From: Mustelus asterias
Taxonomy: Eukaryota
Assembly: GCF_964213995.1 (NCBI RefSeq)
Contig: NC_135830.1
Span: forward strand, 12,276,001-12,340,000
DNA length: 64,000 nucleotides
Direction: 5' to 3'
Shown: piece after piece, positions 39,001 through 50,495 of the stretch
Layout of the letters: every line of letters begins with the position of its first letter
How positions within the stretch are numbered: position 1 is the stretch's first letter
Notes under the pieces: generated by a model
What the model was told of the DNA's origin: nothing
The model's database searches: none
Seen by the model: the letters and a program-made list of their open reading frames with translations, nothing else
Made by a program: the position numbers and the translations under genes

Positions 39001-39306
39001 CTGTGCGCTCACTCAGTTCACAGTAATACACAGCGGAGTCGCTCAATTGTAGTTTGAAGATCTCTAACCGGTTGCTTTTGACTGACGAATGGGTAGAAAC
39101 AGAAATTCCGTCCCCGGCAACCTGGTTCTTATTATCCTCTCCTGAAGTGTGTGTCTGAAGGAGGTATTTCGGAGCCTGTCCTGGGGATTGACGGTACCAG
39201 TGTACTGTATATTGACAGTTCCCTGAATATTCACAGCTTAAAGTAACCGTGTCACCTGCGGCAGACGTTTGGAGAAGTGAACTCGGTGACACAGTTGAGC
39301 TGGAAT
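39001..39306 (-). CDS. Leaderless NAR-TCR supporting TCR V-delta segment, open frame
   Basis: Acceptor CCTGCAG, then SSSTVSPSSLLQTSAAGDTVTLSCEYSGNCQYTVHWYRQSPGQAPKYLLQTHTSGEDNKNQVAGDGISVSTHSSVKSNRLEIFKLQLSDSAVYYCELSERT. The extra CDR1 Cys and lack of a nearby leader are the known hallmarks of supporting V-delta. Confidence 0.88.
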
Positions 39307-41507
39307 CTGCAGGATAGAAATAAAATGAATTGTTTCTTTAGCCACTGTTTACCCCGGGAAAACTTTTCAATCGGGTGAATACCTGTCTGTTGCGGTAATT
39401 TGTTTAACTGAATTTGTTTCAAAAAGCATTGATTATTGGAAATAAACAAGAGTGGCAGATCTTCAGACCTTTTTTCACAGAGAATTGCAGTCACCTGAAG
39501 TGAACAGCGAAAAGGGTGGTGCTGGGAGCTGATTTAACATTGACTTTCAAATGGTAATTGGGGGAGGGCGGGGGGGGGGGGGGGGGGGTGGGGGGGAGAA
39601 CTTCTGGGACAGGACAATATTCCAGTGCCAAGGGGACCAAAGAAGGCCGAATGGGTACATTGGCAGCACCTTCAAATTATTGTCTCCATTGACAGAATTG
39701 TGTTTTGTTGCGGAGTATGATTCTATTTTTATTAGAAAGGTGCCAATAAATATATTGGCGAAATACGAACCAGGAAACGAAATCATAAAGTTCACTCTTC
39801 TCCTCACATAATAATTTGCTGTCTAGGTTTCATTGCTCAAAGGACAATCAGCAGTTTTATGTCCCTGTATGTATCAAGGTTCAGCACGGGGTAGAGATAT
39901 TCGTCCGCATCTATTAATCCAAACTGACAATGTATATCCGTGGGTCAATGATCGACCTTTGGCCGCAGTTCAACACTGCAAGTTAATGTCTGCTATTTGT
40001 CTATTTCCGTCCATCGATTCTACCGTTTTACTTCTAGTAGAAATATTTGCAAGTTGATTTAGTTCTTTTTCTGCATCTGAGTTGTTTCCTGCCTGTTCTT
40101 CGTGGTTTCCAACCGTCATGAGAACTTGCACAAATTTCTCGCAGTTGTCGGTTGGGTTCAGCCTGTTCAATTTCCGCAGTGGTGTTACTGTTACTCACTG
40201 GGCACTGTCTTCAGGGTATGTGAGAATTTCAATCCCTTTAGTACATTGGCTGATTGTCCTTTCCGAACAGAATTGTCTCAAAGTTTTACATTCTACACTT
40301 TCCACTTAAAACGAATAGGCCACTGGGCCCAGCTGGCCGAAGCTTGTTCTTGCCCCTTCTCCTCTCGAACAGGAAATAACAATTTACATCCTGAGCTGTG
40401 TGTCTATTTATTCCTCTCTCCCGCCCATATTTTTCAAGCTTGCCATAAATTCATCACGCCGTTTCTCCAAACAGCGACCTATACATTCTGATGTGTCTCC
40501 GTGTAAACATACCCGAATATTTCTATCTGTTCTGGTCATAATTTCATGTGTAAACGTCTCCTTGCTCTGGGGACCCAGGTTTGAATCCTGCCTCGGCAGC
40601 TGGTAGAATATGACTTCAATAAAAATAAAACCTGGAATTAATAATCTACTGCTGATCATGAAGCCATTCTCGATGGCTGTCAAATTCCATATGGTTCACT
40701 AATGTCCTTTAAGCAAGGAAATATGGCGTTCTTACCCTGTCTGGCCTATATGTGACTCTAGAATCACAGCAATGTGGTGGACTCTTAACTGATCTCTGAA
40801 ATGGACGAGCAAGCCTCTCATTTCAAGGGCGAACAGGGATGCACAATAAATGCTGGCCAAGCAGCGACACCCATGTCACACAAATGAATTAATTAAAAAC
40901 CTTACTCCACTGAAGGATGAGTTTCTGCACATGGAGCTCCTAGAAACTAAAACACAATGTTAAATATTTCTCTGCTGTTTTTTCATGCCTTACAGGTCTA
41001 TAAGAGACAAATGGCAAAGCGTTCCTGAACTTTCGCTATCCATACACATTGTTGATTATTTATTTTCTCAGGAATGTAAGAAATGTAAGCTGATAATAAG
41101 ATACATAAGAAATAGAAACATGGTAGACCGATCCATTTTGGGGACCCGCTGTCCAATTCAGGAAGTTTAGTTCTGATCATCAACCTCAATGAGAACTGCG
41201 TGCTCTATTCCAAAATCCATTGTTTCCATTAGTATTCAAGAATAGAATCTATGGAACGGTTCAGCATCCTCAGCCTCGACACAACCAATCCTTGAGGAAC
41301 TGATTAAGCTTCAATGAGCACAATCCCATGTTTTCGAAATCGAGAAAATATAATGCAAACCGATTTATCCACCGTCAGTGTTCAATATGTGGAAGAGTAT
41401 GCAATTCAAAGTTTTCACAATTCTGCCAAAGCAGAAATTATCGACTATCGGATGAAAATAAAAATCAGGTAGGATATAATTATTGTTAGTCACTGATTGT
41501 GCAAGAA

Positions 41508-44500
41508 TGAACAAAGAACAAAGAACAATACAGCATAGAAACAGGCCCTTCGGCCCTCCAAGCCCGTGCCTCTCCCTGGTCCAAACTAGATCATTCTTTT
41601 GTATCCCTCCATTCCCACTCCGTTCATATGGCTGTCTAGATAAGTCTTAAACGTTCCCAGTGTGTCCGCCTCCACCACCTTGCCTGGCAGCACATTCCAG
41701 GCCCCCACCACCCTCTGTGTAAAATATGTCCTTCTGATATCTGCGTTAAACCTCCCCCCCTTCACCTTGAACCTATGACCCCTCGTGAACGTCACCACCG
41801 ACCTGGAGAAAAGCTTCCCACCGTTCACCCTATCTATGCCTTTCATAATTTTATACATCTCTATTAAGTCTCCCCTCATTCTCCGTCTTTCCAGGGAGAA
41901 CAACCCCAGTTTACCCAATCTCTCCTCATAACTAAGCCCCTCCATACCAGGCAACATCCTGGTAAACCTCCTCTGTACTCTCTCCAAAGCCTCCACGTCC
42001 TTCTGGTAGTGTGGCGACCAGAACTGGGCGCAGTATTCCAAATGCGGCCGAACCAACGTTCTATGCATCTGCAACATCAGACCCCAACTTTTATACTCTA
42101 TGCCCCGTCCTTTAAAGGCAAGCATGCCATATGCCTTCTTCACCACCTTCTCCATCTGTGACGTCACCTTCAAGGATCTGTGGACTTGCACACCCAGGTC
42201 CCTCTGTGTATCTACACCCTTTATGGTTCTGCCACTTATCGTATAGCTCCTCCCTACATTATTTCTACCAAAATGCATCACTTCGCATTTATCAGGATTG
42301 AACTCCATCTGCCATTTCTTTGCCCAAATTTCCAGCCTATCTAGAACCTTCTGTACCTTCTGACAATGCTCCTCACTATCTGCAAGTCCAGCCAATTTTG
42401 TGTCGTCCGCAAACTTACTGATCACCCCAGTTACACCTTCTTCTAGATCGTTTATATAAATCACAAACAGCAGAGGTCCCAATACAGAACCCTGCGGAAC
42501 ACCACTAGTCACAGGCATCCAGCCGGAAGAAGACCCCTCCACTACCACCCTCTGTCTTCTGTGACCAAGCCAGTTCTCCACCCATCTAGCCACCTCCCAC
42601 TTTATCCCATGAGATCCAACCTTTTTCACCAGCCTTCCATGGGGGACTTTGTCAAACGCTTTACTAAAGTCCATATAGACGACATCCACGGCCCTTCCCT
42701 CGTCAACCATTCTGGTCACTTCTTCAAAAAACTCCACCAGGTTAGTGAGGCATGACCTCCCTCTCACAAAACCATGCTGACTATCGTTAATGAGTTTATT
42801 CCTTTCTAAATGCGCATACATCCTATCTCTAAGAATCTTCTCCAACAACTTCCCCACCACGGACGTCAAGCTCACCGGCCTATAATTACCCGGGTTATCC
42901 TTCCTACCCTTCTTAAATAACGGGACCACATTAGCTATCCTCCAATCCTCTGGGACCTCACCTGCGTCCAGTGACGAGACAAAGATTTGCGTCAGAGGCC
43001 CAGCGATTTCATCTCTCGTCTCCCTGAGCAGCCTTGGATAGATTCCATCAGGCCCTGGGGATTTGTCAGTCTTTATATTCTCTAACAAACCTAACACTTC
43101 CTCCCTTGTAATGGAGATTTTCTCCAATGGTTCAACACTCCCCTCAGAGACACTCCCAGTCAACACATCCCTCTCCTTTGTGAATACCGACGCAAAGTAT
43201 TCATTTAGGATCTCCCCTACTGCTTTGGGCTCCAAGCATAATTCCCCACTATCGTCCCTGAGAGGTCCGATTTTTTCCCTGACAACCCTTTTGTTCTTAA
43301 CATATGAATAAAATGCCTTTGGATTCTCCTTAATCCTGTCTGCCAAGGACGTTTCGTGACCCTTTTTTGCCCTTCTAATTCCCCGTTTGAGTTCTTTCCT
43401 ACTTTCTTTGTACTCCTTCAGAGCTCCCTCCGTTTTTAGCTGCCTGGACCTAACATACGCCTCTCTTTTCTTTTTGACCAGTCCCTCAATTTCCCTGGTT
43501 ATCCACGGTTCTCGAATCCTACCCTTCCTATCCTTCTTTTTTACAGGCACATGCCTATCCTGCAGCCCTAACAACTGTTCCTTAAAAGACTCCCAAATGC
43601 CAGATGTGGATTTACCCTCAAACATCCTCTCCCAATCAAGAGCTGCCAATTTCTGCCTAATCCCACTAAAGTTAGCCTTCCCCCAATCCAACACCTTACC
43701 CTTGGGACACCACTCATCCTTTTCCATCACTCTCCTAAAGCTAACAGAATTGTGGTCACTATTTGCCACATGTTCCCCTACCGAAACTTTGAAGACCTGA
43801 CCGGGCTCATTCCCCAGTACTAGATCCAGTATAGCCCCGTCTCTCGTCGGGCTATCTACATATTGTTCCAAAGAACCCTCCTGTACGCATTTTACAAATT
43901 CCTCCCCATTCAGAGTCCCAGCTCTCAGCGATTTCCAGTCTATACCAGGGAAATTGAAGTCTCCCACTACAACAACCCTACTTTTCCTGCACCTATCCAG
44001 TATCTCCTGACATATCCGTTCTTCCACTTCCCTTGGGTTGTTGGGGGGCCTGTAGTACACCCCCAACACCTCAAACTACCTCAAGTCACATGAGCAGCCT
44101 GGGAATGGAGGGATACAAACGAATGGTCTAGTTGGACCAAGGAGCGGCACAGGCTTGGAGGGCCGAAGGGCCTGTTTCCTGTGCTGTACTGTTCTTTGTT
44201 CTTTGTTAGTGACTGCGCCCTTCCTGTTCCTAAGCTCCACCCAGAGTGACTCGTTACACGACCCCTCTGAATTGTCCTCGCTCTGCACCCCTGTAATATG
44301 CTCTCCAACTAATACTGCTACTCCCCCACCTCTTTTGGCCCCTTCTCTGTCTCGCCTAAAACGCTTGTACCCCGGAATATTCAGCTGCCAGTCCTGTCCC
44401 TCTTTCAACCAAGTCTCCGTCACCACAATCACATCCAAATTCCTCGTGAGCATTAAGGCCCTAAGTTCGTCTGTCTTACCTGCTACGCTCCTTGCATTGC

Positions 44501-44910
44501 AGTATAAGCACTCCAGACCTCCAGGCCCAGTGAGGTCATCCTCCCCCAGAGTGCTCTTCTTCTTTGCCAGCCTTGTCCCAGTCCCAAGCTCGTCCCCAGC
44601 CTCGACACTTGTAGACCTAATATTTTGATCCCCACCCCCCCTGCCATACTAGTTTAAACCCCCCCGAACTGCACTAGCAAAACTCCCAGCCAGGATATTC
44701 GTGCCCTTCCAACTTAGTTGTGACCCGTCCTTCTTGTACAGGTGCCATCCTCTCCTGAAATCTTCCCATTGATCTAGGAAAATGAAGCCCTCCCTCCTGG
44801 ACCCGTCCTTTAGCCAAGTATTCAATTGTACTAACTCCCTATTCTTAGCCTCACTGGCACGAAGCATTGGGAGCAGCCCAGAGATGGCCACCCTGGAGGC
44901 CCTACTTTTT
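41508..44910 (-). mobile_element. CR1 LINE (ORF1 3' end 44649-44910, ORF2 to 41586) within the J-to-supporting-V intron
   Basis: 827-aa ORF 41586-44069 with EN/RT motifs; tail (AACAAAG)n on plus; interrupted at 44069-44206 by an antisense CR1 3' tail. Confidence 0.95.
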
Positions 44911-44989
44911 AGTCTAATGAAATGCCATCAACAACTATAAAATGATCTTGAAGATATTTGTGCCATGTTCCCTGGCACGAGCGGCATGG

Positions 44990-45325
44990 ACGGCACGGTA
45001 GCACAGTGGTTAACACTGCTGCTTCACAGCTCCAGGGACCTGGGTTCGATTCCCGGCTTGGGTCACTGTCTGTGTGGAGTTTGCACATTCTCCTCGTGTC
45101 TGCGTGGGTTTCCTCTGTGTGCTCCGGTTTCCTCCCACAGTCCAAAGATGTGCAGGTCAGGTTGATTGGCCAAGCTAAAATTCCCCCTTAGTTTCCTGAG
45201 ATGCGTAGGTTAGAGGGATTAGTGGGTGGATTTGGGGGTAGGGCCTGTGTGGGATTGTGGTCGGTGCAGACTCGATTGGCCAAATGGCCTCTTTCTGCAC
45301 TGTAGGGTTTCTATAGTTCTATAGT
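44990..45325 (+). mobile_element. HE1-like V-SINE
   Basis: GGCACGGTAGCACAGTGGTTAACACTGCTGC..V-domain..TTCTATAG tail. Confidence 0.9.
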
Positions 45326-46146
45326 TCCCGTTTTCCTGTCACTGCAGGTATTGGATCTGTCGCTGCAATGTTGGATTAACTCTCCCGCTACCTGATTCAC
45401 ATTTCCTGGAGCAGAGAGAAATCCTGTGCTTAGTGACTCCGCTGTTTCTCAGCGGAGGGCAGGAAGCAGGGTTCGGAGTGTCCACAATGTGTTTTTTATT
45501 CATTCTTGAGACATGTGCGTCATGGCTGACTGGCTGCCCATCCCTCGTTACCCAAGGGCAGTGGAGAGTCTACCACATTGCTGTGGTTCTGCAGCCACAT
45601 ATAGGCCAGACCAGGTAAGGATCACAGCTTTCCTTCCCTGAAAGACATTAGTGAACCAGATGGATTTTTCTAATAATCGACAATGGTTTCATGGTCATCG
45701 GTAGATTCTCAATTCCACGTATTTTTATTGAATTGGAATTCCGCCATCGGCCCTGGCGGGACTCCCCGAATTCTCCTCTCACCTGGGAAGAAGCAGCGCC
45801 CCGAAAGCTTGTGATTCCAAATAAACCTGTTGGACTTTAACCCGGTGTTGTGAGACTCCTTACTGTTCCTTAAACCAACAATGGTTCAGATGGGGTCAGC
45901 TGACCCTCCTTCCCCATAGGATACCTATCCTTTGGAGACTCACACTGCTTCAATCCGGTCTCAAAGCCCGACCCGATTTCAGTTTCTTATTCTGCTCCCA
46001 AGTCTAAATTTGCAAATGAAGAGCTTCCTTTGCGAACCACCCCGCTTCAGAAGCACAGCAGTGAAGTGTTACTGATAACGAATAATAACTGATGGTGAAC
46101 ACTAACCAGGATAGTGAATAACACAAGGGGACTTGGAATCACTTAC

Positions 46147-46199
46147 GGGCTGTGACAGTCACTACCGCCTCAGACCCATCTGAAAATCTCCATTCACCC
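46147..46199 (-). other. NAR-TCR J segment (degenerate G-x-G-T motif)
   Basis: Minus strand reads GEWRFSDGSEAVVTVTA + C|GTAAGT (phase-1 donor, matching the acceptor at 39306). It resembles the IgNAR-type J motif (D/Y)GxGTVVTV and is preceded by an RSS. Confidence 0.8.
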
Positions 46200-46238
46200 C
46201 ACAGTGACAGAGCTCCCAGTCTGCCCAGCACAGGAATG
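46200..46238 (-). promoter_or_regulatory. 23-RSS 5' of J
   Basis: Reading away from J (plus strand): CACAGTG + 23 nt + ACAGGAATG. Confidence 0.75.
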
Positions 46239-46404
46239 ACTGACACCTCAAACTACTGGGCAACCATTACCGGACTGTCAGCTTTTCTCAATTATTCAGG
46301 GAATTTAGATCAATAATGAACTTGATTGTTTAAAAAAAACCTCATTGAATCAAACGGTGCCTTGTGACTTGCTGAGCTCCTGGAAAAATAGCCCAGGAAC
46401 AGAG

Positions 46405-49191
46405 ACTTGGTTGAAAGAGGGACAGGAGTGGCAGCTGAATATTCCGGGGGACAAGTGTTTTAGGCGAGACAGGGGACGGGCCAAAAGAGGTGGGGGAGTA
46501 GCAGTATTAGTTCGAGGGCATATTACAGCGGTGGAGGGAGGGCAATTCAGAGGGGTCGTGTAATGAGTCACTGTGGGTGGAGCTCAGAAACAGGAAGGGC
46601 GCAGTCACTATGTTGGGGGTATACTACAGGCCCCCGAACAGCCCAAGGGAAGTGGAAGAACGGATATGTCAGGAGATAATGGATAGGTGCAGGAAAAATA
46701 GGGTTGTTGTAGTGGGAGACTTCAATTTCCCTGGTATAGACTGGAATTCGCGTCGGGCTGGGACTCTCAATGGGGAGGAATTTGTAAAATGCGTACAGGA
46801 GGGTTCTTTGGAACAATATGTAGATAGCCCGACTAGAGAGGGGGCTATACTGGACCTAATACTGGGGAATAAGCCCGGTCAGGTCTTCAAAGTTTCGGTA
46901 GGGAAACATGTGGCAAACAGTGACCACAATTCTGTGAGCTTTAGGATAGTGATGGAAAAGGATGAGTGGTGTCCCAAGGGTAAGGTGTTGGATTGGGGGA
47001 AGGCTAACTTTAGTGGGATTAGACAGAAACTGGCAGCTGTTGATTGGGAGAGCCTGTTTGAGGGTAAATCCACATCTGGCATGTGGGAGTCTTTTAAGGA
47101 ACAGTTGTTAGGGCTGCAGGATAGGCATGTGTCTGTAAAAAAGAAGGATAGGAAGGGTAAGATTCGAGAACCGTGGATAACCAGGGAAATTGAGGGACTG
47201 GTCAAAAAGAAAAGAGAGCCGTATGTTAGGTCCAGGCAGCTAAAAACGGAAGGAGCTCTGGAGGAATACAAAGAAAGTAGGAAAGAACTCAAACGAGGAA
47301 TTAGAAGGGCAAAAATGGGTCACGAAATGTCCTTGGCAGACAGGACTAAAGAGAATCCCAAGGCATTTTATACATACGTTAGGAACAAAAGGGTTGTCAG
47401 GGATAAAAATCGGACCTCTCAGGGACAAAAGTGCGGAATTAGAGCCCAAAGAAGTAGGGGAGATCCTAAATGAATACTTTGCGTCGGTATTCACAAAGGA
47501 GAGGGATGTGTTGACTGGGAGTGTCTCGGAGGGGAGTGCTGACCCGTTAGCGAAAATCTCCATAACAAGGGATGAAGCGTTAGGTTTTGTTAGCGAATAT
47601 AAAGACTGACAAATCCCCAGGGCCTGATGGAATCTATCCAAGGCTGCTCAGGGAGACGAGAGATGGAATCGCTGGGCCTCTGACGCAAATCTTTGTCTCG
47701 TCACTGGACACAGGTGAGGTCCCAGAGGATTGGAGGATAGCTAATGTGGTCCCGTTATTTAAGAAGGGTAGGAAGGATAACCCGGGTAATTATAGGCCGG
47801 TGAGCTTGACGTCCGTGGTGGGGAAGTTGTTGGAGAAGATTCTTAGAGATAGGATGTATGCGCATTTAGAAATAAATAAACTCATTAACGATAGTCAGCA
47901 TGGTTTTGTGAGAGGGAGGTCATGCCTCACTAACCTGGTGGAGGTTTTTGAAGAAGTGACCAGAATGGTTGACGAGGGAAGGGCCGTGGATGTCGTCTAT
48001 ATGGACTTTAGTAAAGCGTTTGACAAAGTCCCTCATGGTAGGCTGGTGAAAAAGGTTGGATGTCATGGGATGAAGGGGGAGGTGGCTGAATGCGTGGAGA
48101 ACTAGCTTGGTCACAGAAGACAGAGGGTGGTAGTGGAAGGGTCTTTTTCCGGCTGGATGCCTGTGACTAGTGGTGTTCCGCAGGGCTCCGTGTTGAGACC
48201 TCTGCTGTTTGTGATCTATATAAACGATCTGGAAGAAGGTGTAACTGGGGTGATCAGTAAGTTTGTGGACGACACGAAAATGGCTGGACTTGCAGATAGT
48301 GAGGAACATTGTCAGAGGCTACAGAAGGATCGAGATAGGCTGGAAATCTGAGCAAAGAAATGGCAGATGGAGTTCAATCCAGATTAATGCGAAGTGATGC
48401 ATTTTGCCGAACTAACGTAGGGGGGAGCTATACGATAAATGGCAGAACCATAAAGGGTGTAGATACGCAGAGGGACCTGGGTGTGCAAGTCCACAGATCC
48501 TTGAAGGTGACGTCACAGGTGGAGAAGGTAGTGAATAAGGCATATGGCATGCTTGCCTTTAAAGGACGGGGCATAGAGTATAAAAGTTGGGGTCTGATGT
48601 TGCAGTTGTACAGAACGTTGGTTCGGCCGTATTTGGAATACTGCGTCCAGTTCTGGTCGCCACACTACCAGAAGGACGTGGAGGCTTTTGAGAGAGTGCA
48701 GAGGTGGTTTACCAGGATGTTGCCTGGTATGGAAGGGCTTAGTTATGAGGAGCGATTGGGTAAACTGGGGTTGTTCTCACTGGAAAGACGGAGGATGAGG
48801 GGTGACCTAATAGAGGTGTATAAAATTATGAAACGAATAGATAGGGTGAACGGTGGGAAGCTCTTTCCCAGGTCGGTGGTGACGTTCAGGAGGGGTCATA
48901 GGTTCACGGTGAGGGGGGGGGGGGGGGGTGGGGGGGGGGGGTGCGGGGGATGGGAGGTTTAACACGGATATCAGAAGGACGTATTTTACACAGAGGGTGG
49001 TGGGGGCCTGGAATGCGCTGTCGGGCAAGTTGGTGGAGGCGGACACACTGGGAACGTTTAAGACTTATCTAGATAGCCACATGAACGGAGTGGGAATGGA
49101 GGGATACAAAAGAATGGTGTAGTTTGGACCATGGAGCGGCGCGGGCTTGGAGGGCCGAAGGGCCTGTTCCTGTGCTGTATTGTTCTTTGTT
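46405..49191 (+). mobile_element. 5'-truncated CR1 LINE inserted between the NAR-TCR V and J
   Basis: Frameshifted EN/RT ORFs 46577-48962; TSD GGAACAGAG (46396-46404 and 49192-49200). Confidence 0.93.
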
Positions 49192-49367
49192 GGAACAGAG
49201 GCAGAGATGGAAGATTCTTATTAACGGCGAAAAATCTTGAAGAATTATAACTGATGGGAGGAAATTACAATGAAATTAAACCAAATTGAAGTGGGAGTAA
49301 CATCAACCCGAAAGGTCAAGTTACCGAACTTGGGAATTGCTGGGCATTACTTCTTCGATTGCCATGA

Positions 49368-49395
49368 GCTATTTGTTCTCCTCTCTTCCACTGCG
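49368..49395 (-). promoter_or_regulatory. 12-RSS after the NAR-TCR V (heptamer mutated)
   Basis: Minus strand CGCAGTG + GAAGAGAGGAGA (12 nt) + ACAAATAGC. Confidence 0.65.
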
Positions 49396-49860
49396 GTATC
49401 CCATGTGTGTAGTTCCAGTTCTGAGCTTTGCAGTGTCTTCAACTCTCAAATCCCGATTTTCAAGTGAAAATGTCTTTTCTGCTTTGTTCACCGAGACAAC
49501 AAATCTCCCTCCGCTGGAGATCCGCTCCCTGGTTGTCCCGGTCGGGGTTTTTCTAAAGAAATGGCCATTTTCGAAATCATAAACTCCAGAGAAAACACAG
49601 ATGATGGTGGGAGACTGACACTCCTTCCTGATCACCGCTGCCGGGCTCTGTGTCACTGACTGACTGAAACATCCTGGAAATTAAACACAGAGAGTTTATT
49701 GGACCACCAGAGCCGAACCATACAACGGCGTTAAAATCCTAGGCAGTGCCTGCAATAGGGATGGACTGGGGCAGCACTTTATTCAATCCACAGGATGTGG
49801 GTTAATGTGATCGATACTCACGGGTAAACAGATACACAGGGTGAAAACAAGGATTCCCAT
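49396..49860 (-). pseudogene. NAR-TCR V (IgNAR-like V domain) pseudogene; leader 49822-49860, V exon 49396-49673
   Basis: GCFSQSVTQSPAAVIRKECQSPTIICVFSGVYDFENGHFFRKTPTGTTRERISSGGRFVVSVNKAEKTFSLENRDLRVEDT shows the VNAR-type FR2/CDR2 deletion (ERIS.GGRF), an extra FR1 Cys, and Phe for the core Trp. A frameshifting deletion precedes TGC-AAA-GCT. The leader MGILVFTLCICLP is 39 nt (phase 0) against a phase-1 acceptor. Confidence 0.88.
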
Positions 49861-50370
49861 CGCTCTGCTGCCTGGAGATGATGATTCACATGACAGGGAG
49901 CTGGAGACTGCAGAGCTGGACTGCTTTGGGAGACTGGACATTAAAGCTGCACTGAAATTCTTCACACCCAAACATCTGTAAATCAGGCCATGCCCACCGT
50001 TCAAATAAAGCTCAAGGATTTAAATGGGGATCCCAGATGTGAACTTTCAGTCAAAACGCCCGGGCAGCTAGAATCCAGAGATTCACCCCGCGACCGACAG
50101 TCGTGAATGCCATGCTCTACTTGCTCTCGACTTGATTATTTTTGTTATTAATTCAATGGATGTGGGCGATGCCAGCGAAACCTGACCAACTCGGCCCCCG
50201 GAAATGAATCTCAGACCTCAATAAAGCTACAGTTAAGCACGCTCTCTCGAGTATACTGACTGAGTGACTGATTTCACTCGTCCATATTTAATCCTGTCTG
50301 CCAAAGAACTTCAGCTGTCCAGGGCCCTCATTTGAATCTGATTTAAATATCTGGCGGGTACATTAAGGAT

Positions 50371-50404
50371 TGCGTCACTGCCGGAAAACAAAGGAGAAGG
50401 AAGT
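50371..50404. promoter_or_regulatory. CRE-like (TGCGTCACT) and Ets-like (CCGGAAA, AGGAAGT) motifs in a divergent V promoter region
   Basis: About 95-125 nt upstream of the ATG at 50496. The same AGTGACGCA core occurs upstream of the V pseudogene at 54384. Confidence 0.4.
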
Positions 50405-50495
50405 GATTTTAACCAATTGAACCATGTGTGGGTCTTTGTCCTGTTTCGGGTTTGAAATTATAATCGAAAAGAGCGGTTCGGGCTCGGAAGCAGCC

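Noticed and set aside
40140-40240. PEDSA-like motif plus CACTGCG on the minus strand as a V remnant
   Set aside because: No YYC, no FR1 or FR2 motifs, and a poor nonamer.
45380-45450. LSDSAV-encoding 14-mer matching V FR3
   Set aside because: Not followed by YYC or an RSS; no upstream V framework.
45870-45969. Possible second J on the minus strand (YGEG.., RSS-like CACACTG-13-TCAAAGCCC on plus)
   Set aside because: No TV motif in frame, stops follow, the spacer is off-length and there is no properly placed donor. It could be a very decayed J, but I cannot support it.
48913-48955. Expanded G-tract (also 4560-4610, 38631-38647, 39564-39596)
   Set aside because: Homopolymer slippage or sequencing-length uncertainty; no function can be inferred.
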